The notes: generated by a model from the letters alone, not told the origin. Counted from the stretch's first letter, positions 38,835 to 52,104 are shown. The stretch is DNA of 64,000 nt from Euzebyales bacterium (GCA_035461305.1 DATHVN010000163.1:5840-69839), one strand, 5' to 3'. A program made the numbers and translations.

Positions 38835-39120
38835 CGATCACCGCATCGCCACGGTGAAATCTCGCCCGGATCGTGCCGAACGGGCACGTGTGGCGGCACC
38901 GGGACCGGTCCGGCCGCCCTGTCGAGGAACGCGACCACGCGTCGTTCGCACTGCCGCGGTCTGCTATGGAGCCCACCCGTGGCGACCTCTGACGGGTGAC
39001 GAGCCCGGGGTCACGGCCTGGCGGTCCTGCCCCTCCGACGGGCCCGCTGCCGACAGGCCGAACGGCCGCGACCAGACCGGCACGGCGTGCGTCCGACCGG
39101 CAGGACGCGCGACATCCAGG

Positions 39121-40824
39121 TCAGGGCAGAGGCGCCCGCCACTGGATGCGCGTGCCCGACGGGTCGCTGTCGATCTGCATCGAGCCGCCGAACCGTTCGG
39201 CGCGTGCGGCGACGTTGGTCAACCCACTGCGTCGACCACCGGCGGGTATGCCGCGGCCGTCGTCGGACACCTCCAGGTGCACGCTCTCCTCGACGATCTG
39301 CAGGCGGAGGGTCACGTGCGACGCCTGCGCGTGGCGGCCGATGTTGCTCACAAGCTCGCGGGCCGCGGCGAGCAGGTCGACCACGATCTCGTCGGGGACA
39401 TCGATGTCGACCGCCGGGTCGATCTCGCACACCGGGGCGAAGCCCAGCAACTGCTCGCCCGTCCGACAGATCTCCGCGAGCTGCCGGCTGACCGTCGACG
39501 CCCCGCTGCGCCGGGCGTGCAGCCCGAAGATGGACGACCGCAGATCGGTGATCGCCGCGTCGATCTCGTCGACGGCGCCTCGGATGCGATCGGCGGCCAC
39601 CGGGTCGTCGGTGCGCGCCGTGACGCTGTCGAGCTCGAGGCCGGCCGCGAACAGGCGCTGGATCACGAGGTCGTGCAGGTCGTGGCTGATCCGATCGCGA
39701 TCGGTGAAGATCGCCGCCCGCCGCCGCTGCGCCTGCGCGTGTTCGTAGTCGAGCGCGAGCGCGGCCTGCGCGGCGAGATCCTCGGCCGCCCGCAGGTCGT
39801 CGGCGCTGAACTGACCGTTGCCCTTCTGACGGGTGATCGTGATCACGCCCAGTGGCTCGTCCCGTACGCGCATGGGCACGACCATCGCCGGACCCCCTGC
39901 CCTCGTGCTCGGCAGTGGATCTCCCGCGCGCTCGAGCGACGAGAGGTCGTCGACGGCGAGGGCATGGCCCTCCGCGTACGCCTGTGTCATGATCGAGTCA
40001 TCGCGCGAGAGCCGCAGCCCGACCAGTTCGTCCGCGTCGAGCCCGTCGGAGGCGACCACGACGAGGTCGTCGCCGACGGCCATCGCCAGATGACAGGTCA
40101 CAGCCTCGGCCAGCTCCCGGAAGCGCGCGACGACCATCTGCTGCACCTGCGCCTCGTCGGACCCCCGGAGCAGCGCTCCTGTGAGGTCGCGTGTCGCCTC
40201 CAGCCAGCGCTGACGGCGTAGTGCCACGCCGTGCAGCCGGGCGTTGGCGATCACCACGCCGGCCGCCGCGGCCAGCGTCTTCACGAGCTCGAGGTCGTCG
40301 TCGGTGAACCCGTGGCCGCCTCGCCGGTTCGTCAGGTACAGGTTGCCGTAGATCTCGTCCCGGACCGCGATCGGCGCCCCGAGGAAGGAGTGCATCGGCG
40401 GGTGGTGCTCGGGGAAGCCGACCGACGCCGGGTGCGTGGAGAGGTCGTCGAGCCGCAGCTCCCTGGGCTCGGTGATCAGCAGCCCAAGGATCCCGTGCCC
40501 TTCGGGGAGGTGGCCGATCTGTTCGACCGTGTCGTCGGGCATGCCGGTGTGCACGAACTCGCGGAGTCGGCCGTCCTCGCCGATCACACCCAGGGCCGCA
40601 TACTCGGCGTCGACCATGTCGGCGGCCACCTCGACGATGCGGTCGAGCACGCTCGCGAGGGACAGCTCCGCCGAGGCGACCCTCACGATGGCCTCGATCA
40701 GGCGCCACAGCCCGTCACGGACCCCGACGATCTCCTGGGTCTGGCGTAGGAGCTCACCGAGCAGGTCGTCGAGGGTCAGCCGCGCGTGCTTGGGCGCTCG
40801 CAGGGGGTCCGTGCGCCGCTCCAC
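39121..40824 (-). CDS. DevS/DosT-like heme-binding GAF-GAF sensor histidine kinase (HisKA_3 + HATPase_c)
   Basis: The GAF-A string FPEHHPPMHSFLGAPIAVRDEIYGNLYLTNRRGGHGFTDDDLELVKTLAAAAGVVIANARL closely parallels the DevS/DosT heme pocket. A second GAF domain follows, then the H-box DRDRISHDLHDLVIQRLFAAG and an ATPase domain (VSNIGRHAQA...DDGRGIP). Confidence 0.9.
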   Translation of the reverse strand: MERRTDPLRAPKHARLTLDDLLGELLRQTQEIVGVRDGLWRLIEAIVRVASAELSLASVLDRIVEVAADMVDAEYAALGVIGEDGRLREFVHTGMPDDTVEQIGHLPEGHGILGLLITEPRELRLDDLSTHPASVGFPEHHPPMHSFLGAPIAVRDEIYGNLYLTNRRGGHGFTDDDLELVKTLAAAAGVVIANARLHGVALRRQRWLEATRDLTGALLRGSDEAQVQQMVVARFRELAEAVTCHLAMAVGDDLVVVASDGLDADELVGLRLSRDDSIMTQAYAEGHALAVDDLSSLERAGDPLPSTRAGGPAMVVPMRVRDEPLGVITITRQKGNGQFSADDLRAAEDLAAQAALALDYEHAQAQRRRAAIFTDRDRISHDLHDLVIQRLFAAGLELDSVTARTDDPVAADRIRGAVDEIDAAITDLRSSIFGLHARRSGASTVSRQLAEICRTGEQLLGFAPVCEIDPAVDIDVPDEIVVDLLAAARELVSNIGRHAQASHVTLRLQIVEESVHLEVSDDGRGIPAGGRRSGLTNVAARAERFGGSMQIDSDPSGTRIQWRAPLP

Positions 40825-40948
40825 CGACCCTCCTGACCAGCGCTGTCACGGCGCTCACACACAGCACGCCTCGGCGGGCCGCGCTGCTGAGGCGTTCATG
40901 GTAGGAAACGGCTCCGCTGCGGTCAATGCGTCCCGGCGTGCCGGGTCG

Positions 40949-41149
40949 TCAGTCCGCGACGCCCTGCGACGTGCCGTTCCACGACCCGCCCCGTCCGCCG
41001 GCGAGCGCGCCGAGGACCCTGTCGGCGAGGTCGTGCACGGCTGCGACCACCTCGGGTGAGACACCCGCCTGCGGCGTGAACCACCGTCCCTCAATGCAGA
41101 AGAGCTCGACGACGAGGTCGGTGCGATCGCTCCCGGCGGCGTCGATCAC
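40949..41149 (-). CDS. possible small protein or C-terminal piece of a frameshifted gene
   Basis: A 66-aa GTG-started ORF with about 88% GC3 (IDAAGSDRTDLVVELFCIEGRWFTPQAGVSPEVVAAVHDLADRVLGAL). Protein-like pieces continue upstream in two other frames (ADILEQHGPGGLTVVRAP; VTTDGPTAVVAFGRCDHGDD). Confidence 0.3.
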   Translation of the reverse strand: MIDAAGSDRTDLVVELFCIEGRWFTPQAGVSPEVVAAVHDLADRVLGALAGGRGGSWNGTSQGVAD

Positions 41150-41359
41150 GTCGACGAGGCTGACCTGCTGGCCACCGTGGGGGTAGGAGGTGGGCAGACG
41201 GTCAGTGCGGGAGCCCTGACGACCGTCAGCCCGCCCGGACCGTGCTGTTCGAGGATGTCCGCGAGATCAGTCCTGCCGCGTCGTCACCGTGGTCACACCG
41301 GCCGAAGGCGACGACCGCGGTCGGTCCGTCCGTCGTGACGTCACTCCTCGCTCTGTGCA

Positions 41360-41391
41360 GCGGGATGCGGCGTCCGGTGATCGCATCCCGC
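41360..41391. promoter_or_regulatory. inverted repeat GCGGGATGCG-N12-CGCATCCCGC in a divergent promoter region
   Basis: Perfect 10-bp arms read from the sequence. It lies 150-180 nt upstream of USP start 41541. Confidence 0.35.
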
Positions 41392-41540
41392 GGTGCCTGG
41401 CCTTGGCGACCAGTGTGCCGGGACCGGGAGCAGGCCTCCGGGGACTTCTCCCTTGCCGAGGAGGGACCTTTGCACCGCGACCGCCGCGCGCGCGTGCTGC
41501 AGAGTGTGCGCACGGTTCGAGTGACGAGGATCGAGTCGAG

Positions 41541-42443
41541 ATGAGGATCCTTGTGGGCGTGGACGGCTCCGTACGGTCGGAGCGCGCGCTGCGCTGGGCC
41601 CTGCGCGAGGCCAGGGCACGAAACGCCGACGTGTCCGTCGTCCACGCCTTCGACGTCCCCAGCCTCCGTGGTCCCCTGGATCGGGAGGTGCCGCTCGACG
41701 ACGAGCACGCGAGGGCTCGCGAGCACGTCGACCGCATGGTCGCGCGGTCGGGCCGGCGCGCCGCGGCCGTGCCGGTCGACGTCGAGGTGGTTGCGACGAC
41801 GGACCACCGCACCCCGGCCAACGTGCTGCTAGGGCGCAGCCGACACGCCGACCTCGTCGTCGTCGGCGCCAGGGGCCTGGGCGGGTTCGCAGGGCTGCTG
41901 CTGGGCAGCGTCAGCCAGCAGGTCGCCGCCCACGCCAACGTCCCGGTCGCGGTCATCCCCGGCCCCGCGGCGCCTGGCGGCGCCAGCATCGCGCTCCCGC
42001 GATCGGTCGTGGTCGGCGTCGACGGCTCGTCGCACGCGGCCGCGGCGTTGCGGTGGGCCGTCGACCATGCGGCGGTGCACGTCCGCCCGGTCACGGCGGT
42101 GTACGTGCATCCGCCCGTGCCCGCGACGTTGACGGCCGGCATCGCCAGTGGCGTCGAGCACGCCGCGGTCGACAGGCTCTGGACCCACGGCCACGCCGAG
42201 GCGCAGCAGGCGCTCGAGGACCTGGTGGCCAAGGCCACGGCGGGGGTCGAGGTGACCGTCGACGCCGTCGCGATCTCCGGCAGCGCGCCCGCCCACCGCC
42301 TGCTCGAGTACGCCGCCGGGCACGACGGCCTACTGGTCGTGGGCAGCCGAGGCCGGGGAGGCTTCCCCGGCCTGCTGCTCGGCTCGGTCAGCATGCAGTG
42401 CCTGCACCACGGCGCGCTGCCCGTGGTGGTCGTCCACGGCTGA
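41541..42443 (+). CDS. tandem-domain universal stress protein
   Basis: Two USP domains are present: MRILVGVDGS...VVVGARGLGGFAGLLLGSVSQQV and VVVGVDGSS...LVVGSRGRGGFPGLLLGSVSMQC. Confidence 0.92.
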   Translation: MRILVGVDGSVRSERALRWALREARARNADVSVVHAFDVPSLRGPLDREVPLDDEHARAREHVDRMVARSGRRAAAVPVDVEVVATTDHRTPANVLLGRSRHADLVVVGARGLGGFAGLLLGSVSQQVAAHANVPVAVIPGPAAPGGASIALPRSVVVGVDGSSHAAAALRWAVDHAAVHVRPVTAVYVHPPVPATLTAGIASGVEHAAVDRLWTHGHAEAQQALEDLVAKATAGVEVTVDAVAISGSAPAHRLLEYAAGHDGLLVVGSRGRGGFPGLLLGSVSMQCLHHGALPVVVVHG

Positions 42444-42473
42444 CGTGTCGCGCCGCCCGCCGTAGCCGGCGCG

Positions 42474-44231
42474 TCAGAGGTCGTTGAGCCTGCCGAGGAT
42501 CGGCCACAGCGCGGCGGGGGTGGTGGCGTAGTCGTAGTGGGAGCCACCGATGGCGCCGCCGTCGATCACCGCATCGACGAAGCGGGACACGCGGGCGGTG
42601 GTCACCGGCGTGTTCTCGGTGCCGGGATCATCGACGCCGCCCTCCACCGTGACGGGCCGCCCGCTGAGCGCGCGTGCGCGCACGGTCTGGCTTCGGACCC
42701 ACGTGTAGACCTGGTCGGCCGTGAACGCGTCGCGCTTCGACCACAGCGCCATCGGGACGACCACGTCGCTGCGCGCGCCGACAGCCGCCCAGGGGAAGCC
42801 CACCCAGTTGCTACCTGGATCGGTCGCGTACGGCGACGGCACGATCGCGGCGGTCATGGTGTCCGTCGCGGCGCGCACCCGTGCGAGGTGGTCGACGAGC
42901 CGCGTGTTGAACTGGGCGCGGGTGACCTCGTCGAGGCGCTCGATGTCGACACCGACACCGTCGAAGCGCTGTCCACCAGGACTGGTGAAGGTCGCGATCG
43001 CAACGGTGCGTCGGACGTCGCGGTCCATGTTGCCGTAGGCCGGCAGGTACCAGCCGACCACGCGGATGCCGGCCGCGTGGGCGGCGTCGAGCCAGGCCCC
43101 GGCCTCCGCGGCGTTGTGGAAGTCGTTGGTGCTGGTGAACCGCGCGGTCGCCAGGAACAGTGTCCGTACGTCGCGCGTGGCCATGTGGGCGACGGCGGTC
43201 TCCGGGTCGAGGCTCGCGTAGTCGAACACGTCGACCCAGGTCGACAGACGGCGGAACGGCAGCAGGGCATCGACGCTGGACCAGCGACCCCATGCGGCGG
43301 TCGGAGCGGACCGGGTCGCGGTGGCGTAGCGGCCGCCGGTCCGCTTGGCGGCTACGCGGACCGTGTCGCCGGCCGCGGTGGCCGACGGGCCCGACGCGGG
43401 CGTGTCACCCAGCGACGTCCAGCCGCTCCAGGTGCCGTTCACCTGCCGGCGGGTCCACATCGCGGTGCCGGTGCGGCGGGCGAACACATCCAGCCTGCCG
43501 GGGACGGGCGCGGCGACCGCGGGCTGGGAGATCAACCCACCCGACAGCGTCCGCCACGCCGACCAGCCGGCGCCCTCCCTGAACGACCGGTGCAGCAGTG
43601 CGCTGCCGGCGCCGCGGGCGACGACGTCGATGCGGCCGGGACCCCATGACGTCGCGGCCGGGCTCGAGGTCAGCGCGCCTCCCCGCTTGCCCCAGCCGGA
43701 CCAGCCCTGTCCCGACACATAGGTCCGCTGGCGTAGCGCACCGTTGGTCGCACGGATGAACACATCGAGCCGGCCGGGTTCCCACGACGCGACCGCGGGT
43801 GCCGACGCGAGCGTACCGCCGAGCGACTCCCATCCGGACCAGGAGCCGTTGCGGTACCAGCCGTGCACCAGCGTGTTGTCCGTACCGCGCGCGAACACGT
43901 CGATGCGGCCCGGCGCCCACGACACGGCGGCGGGCTGGGACGCCAGCGTGCCGCCAAGGCCGAGCTGGCGGGTCCAGGATCCGCCGGCCGGGCGGTAGCG
44001 GTGTGCCAGGCGTCCCGACGTGGTCCGCCAGAACAGGTCGACGCGGCCCGGCTCCAGCCCGGTCACGGCCGGTGACGTGACCTCCGTCGACGGCACCGGC
44101 GCCACGGCGGCTGTGGCCGGCACCGGAGCGGTGACCACCGCGCACGCGACGGCCAGTGTCGCGACGGTGGCGAACATACGCCATCGACCGGCGCGGCGTT
44201 GCGATGGGTGGTCGGCTCGGCTGTCTGTCAT
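42474..44231 (-). CDS. secreted protein: lectin-like beta-propeller repeats fused to a glycoside-hydrolase-like TIM-barrel domain
   Basis: A signal peptide ([23 protein letters not shown]) is followed by 5-6 repeats of about 46 aa with the pattern SxPAxxSWxPGRxDVFxRG...W.GW..LGG. The C-terminal domain (VDVFDY...IRVVGWYLP...GVGVDIE) resembles uncharacterised GH-like families. Alternative start at 44177. Confidence 0.8.
   Translation of the reverse strand: MTDSRADHPSQRRAGRWRMFATVATLAVACAVVTAPVPATAAVAPVPSTEVTSPAVTGLEPGRVDLFWRTTSGRLAHRYRPAGGSWTRQLGLGGTLASQPAAVSWAPGRIDVFARGTDNTLVHGWYRNGSWSGWESLGGTLASAPAVASWEPGRLDVFIRATNGALRQRTYVSGQGWSGWGKRGGALTSSPAATSWGPGRIDVVARGAGSALLHRSFREGAGWSAWRTLSGGLISQPAVAAPVPGRLDVFARRTGTAMWTRRQVNGTWSGWTSLGDTPASGPSATAAGDTVRVAAKRTGGRYATATRSAPTAAWGRWSSVDALLPFRRLSTWVDVFDYASLDPETAVAHMATRDVRTLFLATARFTSTNDFHNAAEAGAWLDAAHAAGIRVVGWYLPAYGNMDRDVRRTVAIATFTSPGGQRFDGVGVDIERLDEVTRAQFNTRLVDHLARVRAATDTMTAAIVPSPYATDPGSNWVGFPWAAVGARSDVVVPMALWSKRDAFTADQVYTWVRSQTVRARALSGRPVTVEGGVDDPGTENTPVTTARVSRFVDAVIDGGAIGGSHYDYATTPAALWPILGRLNDL
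43272..44075 (-). repeat. intragenic tandem repeats encoding the beta-propeller blades (about 138-141 nt period)
   Basis: The repeated peptide units [69 protein letters not shown] and [23 protein letters not shown] are visible in the translation. Confidence 0.7.
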
Positions 44232-44256
44232 GACGTCCCCCGGGCTCCGACGCCGA

Positions 44257-44541
44257 TCAGGCGTCGAGCTTCGTGACGGGCGTTCCCGTCACACCCTCGA
44301 TGTCCTCCGCGGCCGCGTGCAGGAGCTGGTGCGCGAGGTCCGACAGCGCTCGGGCGGCCGCAAGCTCGTCGCCGATCTCGGGCACGTCCCTGTCAGCGGG
44401 GTGCTTGCGCGCGTCGCCACGGCCTCGCAGGTCGGTGGCGTCCTGCGTGTGCAGTCGCGCCTCGGCGTGGGTTCGGACGCCGGCCGCGTCGGAAAGCTCG
44501 GTGAGGTAGATGTCGACGCTCCATTGCTTGGCGATCTGCAT
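44257..44541 (-). CDS. DUF1876 (Rv2632c/Rv1738-like) small protein
   Basis: Start [13 protein letters not shown] follows GGGAGG. The conserved core is THAEARL...[34 protein letters not shown]. Confidence 0.85.
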   Translation of the reverse strand: MQIAKQWSVDIYLTELSDAAGVRTHAEARLHTQDATDLRGRGDARKHPADRDVPEIGDELAAARALSDLAHQLLHAAAEDIEGVTGTPVTKLDA

Positions 44542-44850
44542 TATGCCTCCCGCGGTGGACGGTGCCGTGCAGCTGAAGCATTGCGTCGAGCGATGGGCGG
44601 TGCGAGAGACCAACGTCCCGGTTGCGGCAGGCCAACGGGCGTCCCCCGATCGGGTGACGCGGACGGCCAGCGCTGGCGGGCTCGTAGCCCGGTGTCCGAC
44701 CTGTCACCCTCCGTCGTCGCACGTGAGCCGCAACAGCTCGGCCTGACGTTCCGGCGCGTGACGGAAGACCCGTGTGGGAGGGGGCGGAGTGCCCATGCTC
44801 CGCCTGCGTCGGGCACCTACCGTCTGCAGCAACCTGCAGGAGGCGGTCGG

Positions 44851-46691
<1,841 letters not shown>

Positions 46692-46695
<4 letters not shown>

Positions 46696-47705
46696 TGACC
46701 ACGCCCGCACCCGCACCATCGCCCGCCACCGACCGGGAGCATGCACATGTCCTGCTGCGGCGCATGCTGCTGGTCCGGCGCTTCGAGGAGCGCTGCGCCG
46801 AGCTGTACAGCGAGACGAAGATCCGCGGCTTCCTGCACCTCTACATCGGGCAGGAGGCGGTCGCCGCTGGTGCGCTCGGCGTACTCGACGCCGACGACGC
46901 GGTCGTGGCCACCTACCGCGAGCACGGGCACGCGCTGCTGCGCGGCGTGTCGGCCCGCGCGGTGATGGCGGAGATGTTCGGCAAGGTGGAGGGTTGCAGC
47001 CGCGGCCGCGGCGGGTCGATGCACCTGTTTGATGCGGCCACCCGCTTCTACGGCGGCAACGCGATCGTCGGCGGTGGCCTGCCGCTGGCCGTCGGGTTGG
47101 CGCTGGCGGACAAGCTCGCGGGGAGGAGGCGTGTCACTGCGTGCTTCTTCGGCGAGGGTGCCGTCGCTGAGGGCGAGTTCCACGAGTCGCTCAACCTGGC
47201 GGCGCTGTGGGACCTGCCGGTGCTGTTCTGTTGCGAGAACAACCGGTACGCCATGGGCACCGCACTGCGGCGCTCGGAGTCCGAAATCGATCTGTCGCTG
47301 AAAGCCGCGGCCTACGAGATGCCAGCCTGGCCCGTCGACGGCATGGACGTCCTCGCGGTCGAGGACGCGGCGGCCAACGCGGTCCGTGCGATCCGCGGTG
47401 GTGGTGGCCCGCACTTCCTGGAGCTGCGGACCTACCGCTTCCGCGCGCACTCGATGTTCGACCCGCAGCGCTACCGGTCGTCGGAGGAGGTCGAGTATGA
47501 GCGGACGCACCACGATCCGATCGCGCAGTTCGACGAGCGGCTGCGCGCGGCCGGCCTGCTCGACGACCAGGATGTCGGTCGGATCGAGCAGGACGTGACC
47601 CGCGAGATCGACGACGCGGTCGCGTTCGCCGAGGCGGGCACGCTCGAGCCCGTCGCCGAGCTGACCCGGTTCGTCTACAGCGACTCGGCGGAGGAGGAGG
47701 CGTGA
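46692..47705 (+). CDS. 2-oxoacid (pyruvate/acetoin) dehydrogenase E1 alpha subunit, TPP-dependent
   Basis: Motifs [57 protein letters not shown] and [10 protein letters not shown] are present. The start overlaps the acs stop. Confidence 0.9.
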
Positions 47706-48679
47706 AGCTCACCTACCGCGAGGCCATGCGCGAGGCACTGCGCGACGCGCTTGCCCGGGACGACCGTGTGTTCCTGATGGGGGAGGACGTGGGTGCGTAC
47801 GGTGGGTGCTTCGCGGTCAGCCTCGGGCTGTTCGAGGAGTTCGGCCCCGAACGCGTCCGTGACACCCCGCTGTCGGAGTCGGCGTTCGTGGGCGCGGGCA
47901 TCGGCGCCGCACTCGGTGGCATGCGACCGATCGTCGAGATCATGACGGTCAACTTCAGCCTGCTGGCGCTCGACCAGATCATGAACAACGCCGCCACGAT
48001 CCTGCACATGTCCGGAGGCCAGTTCAACGTGCCGTTGGTGATCCGCATGACCACGGGGGCAGGCCGCCAGCTGGCTGCACAGCACTCCCACAGCCTGGAG
48101 GGCTGGTACGGGCACATTCCCGGCATCAAGGTGCTCGCGCCGGCGACGGTCGCGGACGCGCGCTGGATGCTGTGGACCGCGCTGGAGGACCCCGATCCGG
48201 TCCTCATCTTCGAGCACGGCAGCCTCTACGGGGTGGAGGGCGACGCGACGGAGTCCGGCCCGGTCGACATCGACCGTGCGGTGATCCGCCGCTCCGGCCG
48301 GCATGTGACGATGGTCACCTACGGTGGCAGCCTGCCGAAGACGCTCGCCGCCGCCGAGCAGCTCTCCGGTGAGGGCATCAGTGCCGAGGTCATCGACCTC
48401 AGGTCGCTGCGACCCCTCGACGCCGACGCGTTCCTGGTGTCGGTGGCGCGGACCCACCGCGTCGTCATCGTCGACGAGGGTTGGCGCAGCGGCAGCATCT
48501 CCGCTGAGATCAGCGCGACCATCGCCGAGCACGCCCTGCACGAGCTCGACGCGCCGATCCTGCGGGTCTGCGCCGCGGAGGTGCCGATGCCGTATCCCGC
48601 ACACCTGGAGCAGGCCGCACTGCCGCAGCCGGCAGCCATCGTCGCGGCCGCACACACTGCGGTGACGGGCGATGCCTGA
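47702..48679 (+). CDS. 2-oxoacid dehydrogenase E1 beta subunit
   Basis: [13 protein letters not shown]...[12 protein letters not shown]...[26 protein letters not shown]...RSLRPLD. GTGA overlap with E1 alpha. Confidence 0.92.
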   Translation: MKLTYREAMREALRDALARDDRVFLMGEDVGAYGGCFAVSLGLFEEFGPERVRDTPLSESAFVGAGIGAALGGMRPIVEIMTVNFSLLALDQIMNNAATILHMSGGQFNVPLVIRMTTGAGRQLAAQHSHSLEGWYGHIPGIKVLAPATVADARWMLWTALEDPDPVLIFEHGSLYGVEGDATESGPVDIDRAVIRRSGRHVTMVTYGGSLPKTLAAAEQLSGEGISAEVIDLRSLRPLDADAFLVSVARTHRVVIVDEGWRSGSISAEISATIAEHALHELDAPILRVCAAEVPMPYPAHLEQAALPQPAAIVAAAHTAVTGDA

Positions 48680-50079
48680 ATTCCGCATGCCCTCGCTCGG
48701 TGCCGACATGGATGCCGGCACCCTGGTCGAGTGGCGCGTGGGCCCCGGCGATGTCGTCCATCGCGGGGACATCGTGGCCGTCGTCGACACCGACAAGTCG
48801 GCGATCGAGGTCGAGGTGTTTGACAGCGGCGTCGTCGACGAGTTGCTCGTCGACGAGGGCGCGCACGTGCCGGTCGGCACGCCGCTCGCCCGCATCCGCG
48901 CGCCGGTCGACGGCGTGCCCGCAGCCGAGGTCGCGGCACCCTCGACCGCGGCCGAGCCTGCGGGCGTGACGCGGCCGACGGTCTCCGCTGAAAGCACCCG
49001 CGCCGGTGCCACCGGCCCCGTTGGAGCCACCTGCCCCGGTGTCGGCCCATGTGGAACCTGCGCCAGTCCAGGCCCGGGTGGGACCAGCCCCCTCCGAGGA
49101 AGGTGCGGCCGCACCCGCCCACTCCCCGCTGGTGCGCCGCCTGGCGCGGATGCACGGGATCGACCTCGCCACGGTGATCGGCACCGGGCCCGCCGGGGAG
49201 GTCACGCGAGCCGACGTCGAGCAGGCGGTCGCGCGTGCCGGACGACCGCGCATCTCGCCGTATGCGCGCCGGCTGCTCGCCGGCACCGGGGTCGACGCGA
49301 CCCGGATCCGTGGCACCGGACCGCATGGCATGATCGTCGCGCGCGACGTCGTCGCGCTGTCCGGTCCGGCGGCGCCGGCGCCCGCCGGCCCGGAGGCGCC
49401 GGGCAGAGCCGACCGGCGGTCGGCGCAGCAGCGCGTGACCGCAGCGCTGATGGCCAGGTCGAAGCAGCAGATCCCGCACTACTACCTGCGCACCGACATC
49501 GACCTGACGCGCGCGACGACGTGGCTGGCGGACCGCAACGAGGGCCAGCTGATCACCGAGCGCGTGCTACCGTCCGCCTTGCTGCTCAAGGCCGCCGCCG
49601 TCGCCGCGGCGCAGGCGCCGGACATGAACGGGCACTGGGTCGACGGTGCCTTCCGGCCCGCCGACGAGGTACGGCTGGGCGTCGCGATCTCGCAGCGCGG
49701 TGGAGGGCTGATCGCACCCGCCATCCCTGGTGCCGATGCGCTGTCCGTCGACGACCTCATGGCGGCCCTGCGGGAGCTGATCGCCGGCGCGCGTGCCGGC
49801 ACGCTGCGCAGCTCGCACATGGTCGAGCCGACGATCACCGTCACCAACCTCGGCGACCGGGGCGCGGACGTCGTCCACGGCGTGATCTACCCGCCGCAGG
49901 TCGCACTGGTCGGCTTCGGCCGCATCGCCGCTCGCCCGTGGGTGGTGGACGGCACCGTCACGGCGCGTACCGGCGTCATCGGAACGCTCGCCGGCGACCA
50001 CCGGGTCAGCGACGGCCACCGCGGCGGCCGCTACCTGGCCACCGTGGACCGCCTCCTGCAGGAGCCAGCACAGCTATGA
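48672..50079 (+). pseudogene. dihydrolipoamide acyltransferase (E2): lipoyl domain, two E3-binding domains and catalytic domain, split by one frameshift in the first linker (or assembly indel)
   Basis: The lipoyl domain ([23 protein letters not shown]...[13 protein letters not shown]) is in frame 0. From about 48991 (the AAA run) the protein continues in the frame of ORF 49006..50079. That part holds the linker [15 protein letters not shown], two PSBD motifs and the catalytic [14 protein letters not shown]. Confidence 0.8.
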
Positions 50080-50327
50080 CCACGACCGACGACCTGCGCG
50101 ACACGATCCTGGACGTCGTGCGCACCATCGCGCCCGACGCCGACGTCGAGGGCCTCGGCCCGCACACCGACATGCGGGACCACCTCGATCTCGACTCGTT
50201 CGACTTCCTCAACGTGCTCGTCGAGCTCTCCGCGCGCACCGGCGTCGACATCCCCGAGGGCGACTACGCCAAGGTGTCGACGCTCGACGACTGCATCGCG
50301 TACATCGAGGCGCGCACGGCGGCCTGA
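50076..50327 (+). CDS. acyl carrier protein (phosphopantetheine-binding)
   Basis: An 83-aa protein whose ATG overlaps the E2 stop (ATGA at 50076-50079). The attachment motif is [16 protein letters not shown]. In the track it is hidden in the tail of chimeric ORF 48672..50327. Confidence 0.8.
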   Translation: MTTTDDLRDTILDVVRTIAPDADVEGLGPHTDMRDHLDLDSFDFLNVLVELSARTGVDIPEGDYAKVSTLDDCIAYIEARTAA

Positions 50328-50371
50328 CGACACCTGGTCGGACGCGACGGCGCTGAACGATCCGCGTCCTT

Positions 50372-52104
<1,733 letters not shown>

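Noticed and set aside
48672-50327. A single 551-aa protein spanning a lipoyl domain through to an ACP.
   Set aside because: The middle ~370 residues of that reading are Arg/Pro/Gly nonsense. The genuine E2 domains lie in the frame of ORF 49006..50079. The ACP is a separate ATGA-coupled gene that happens to share the first frame.
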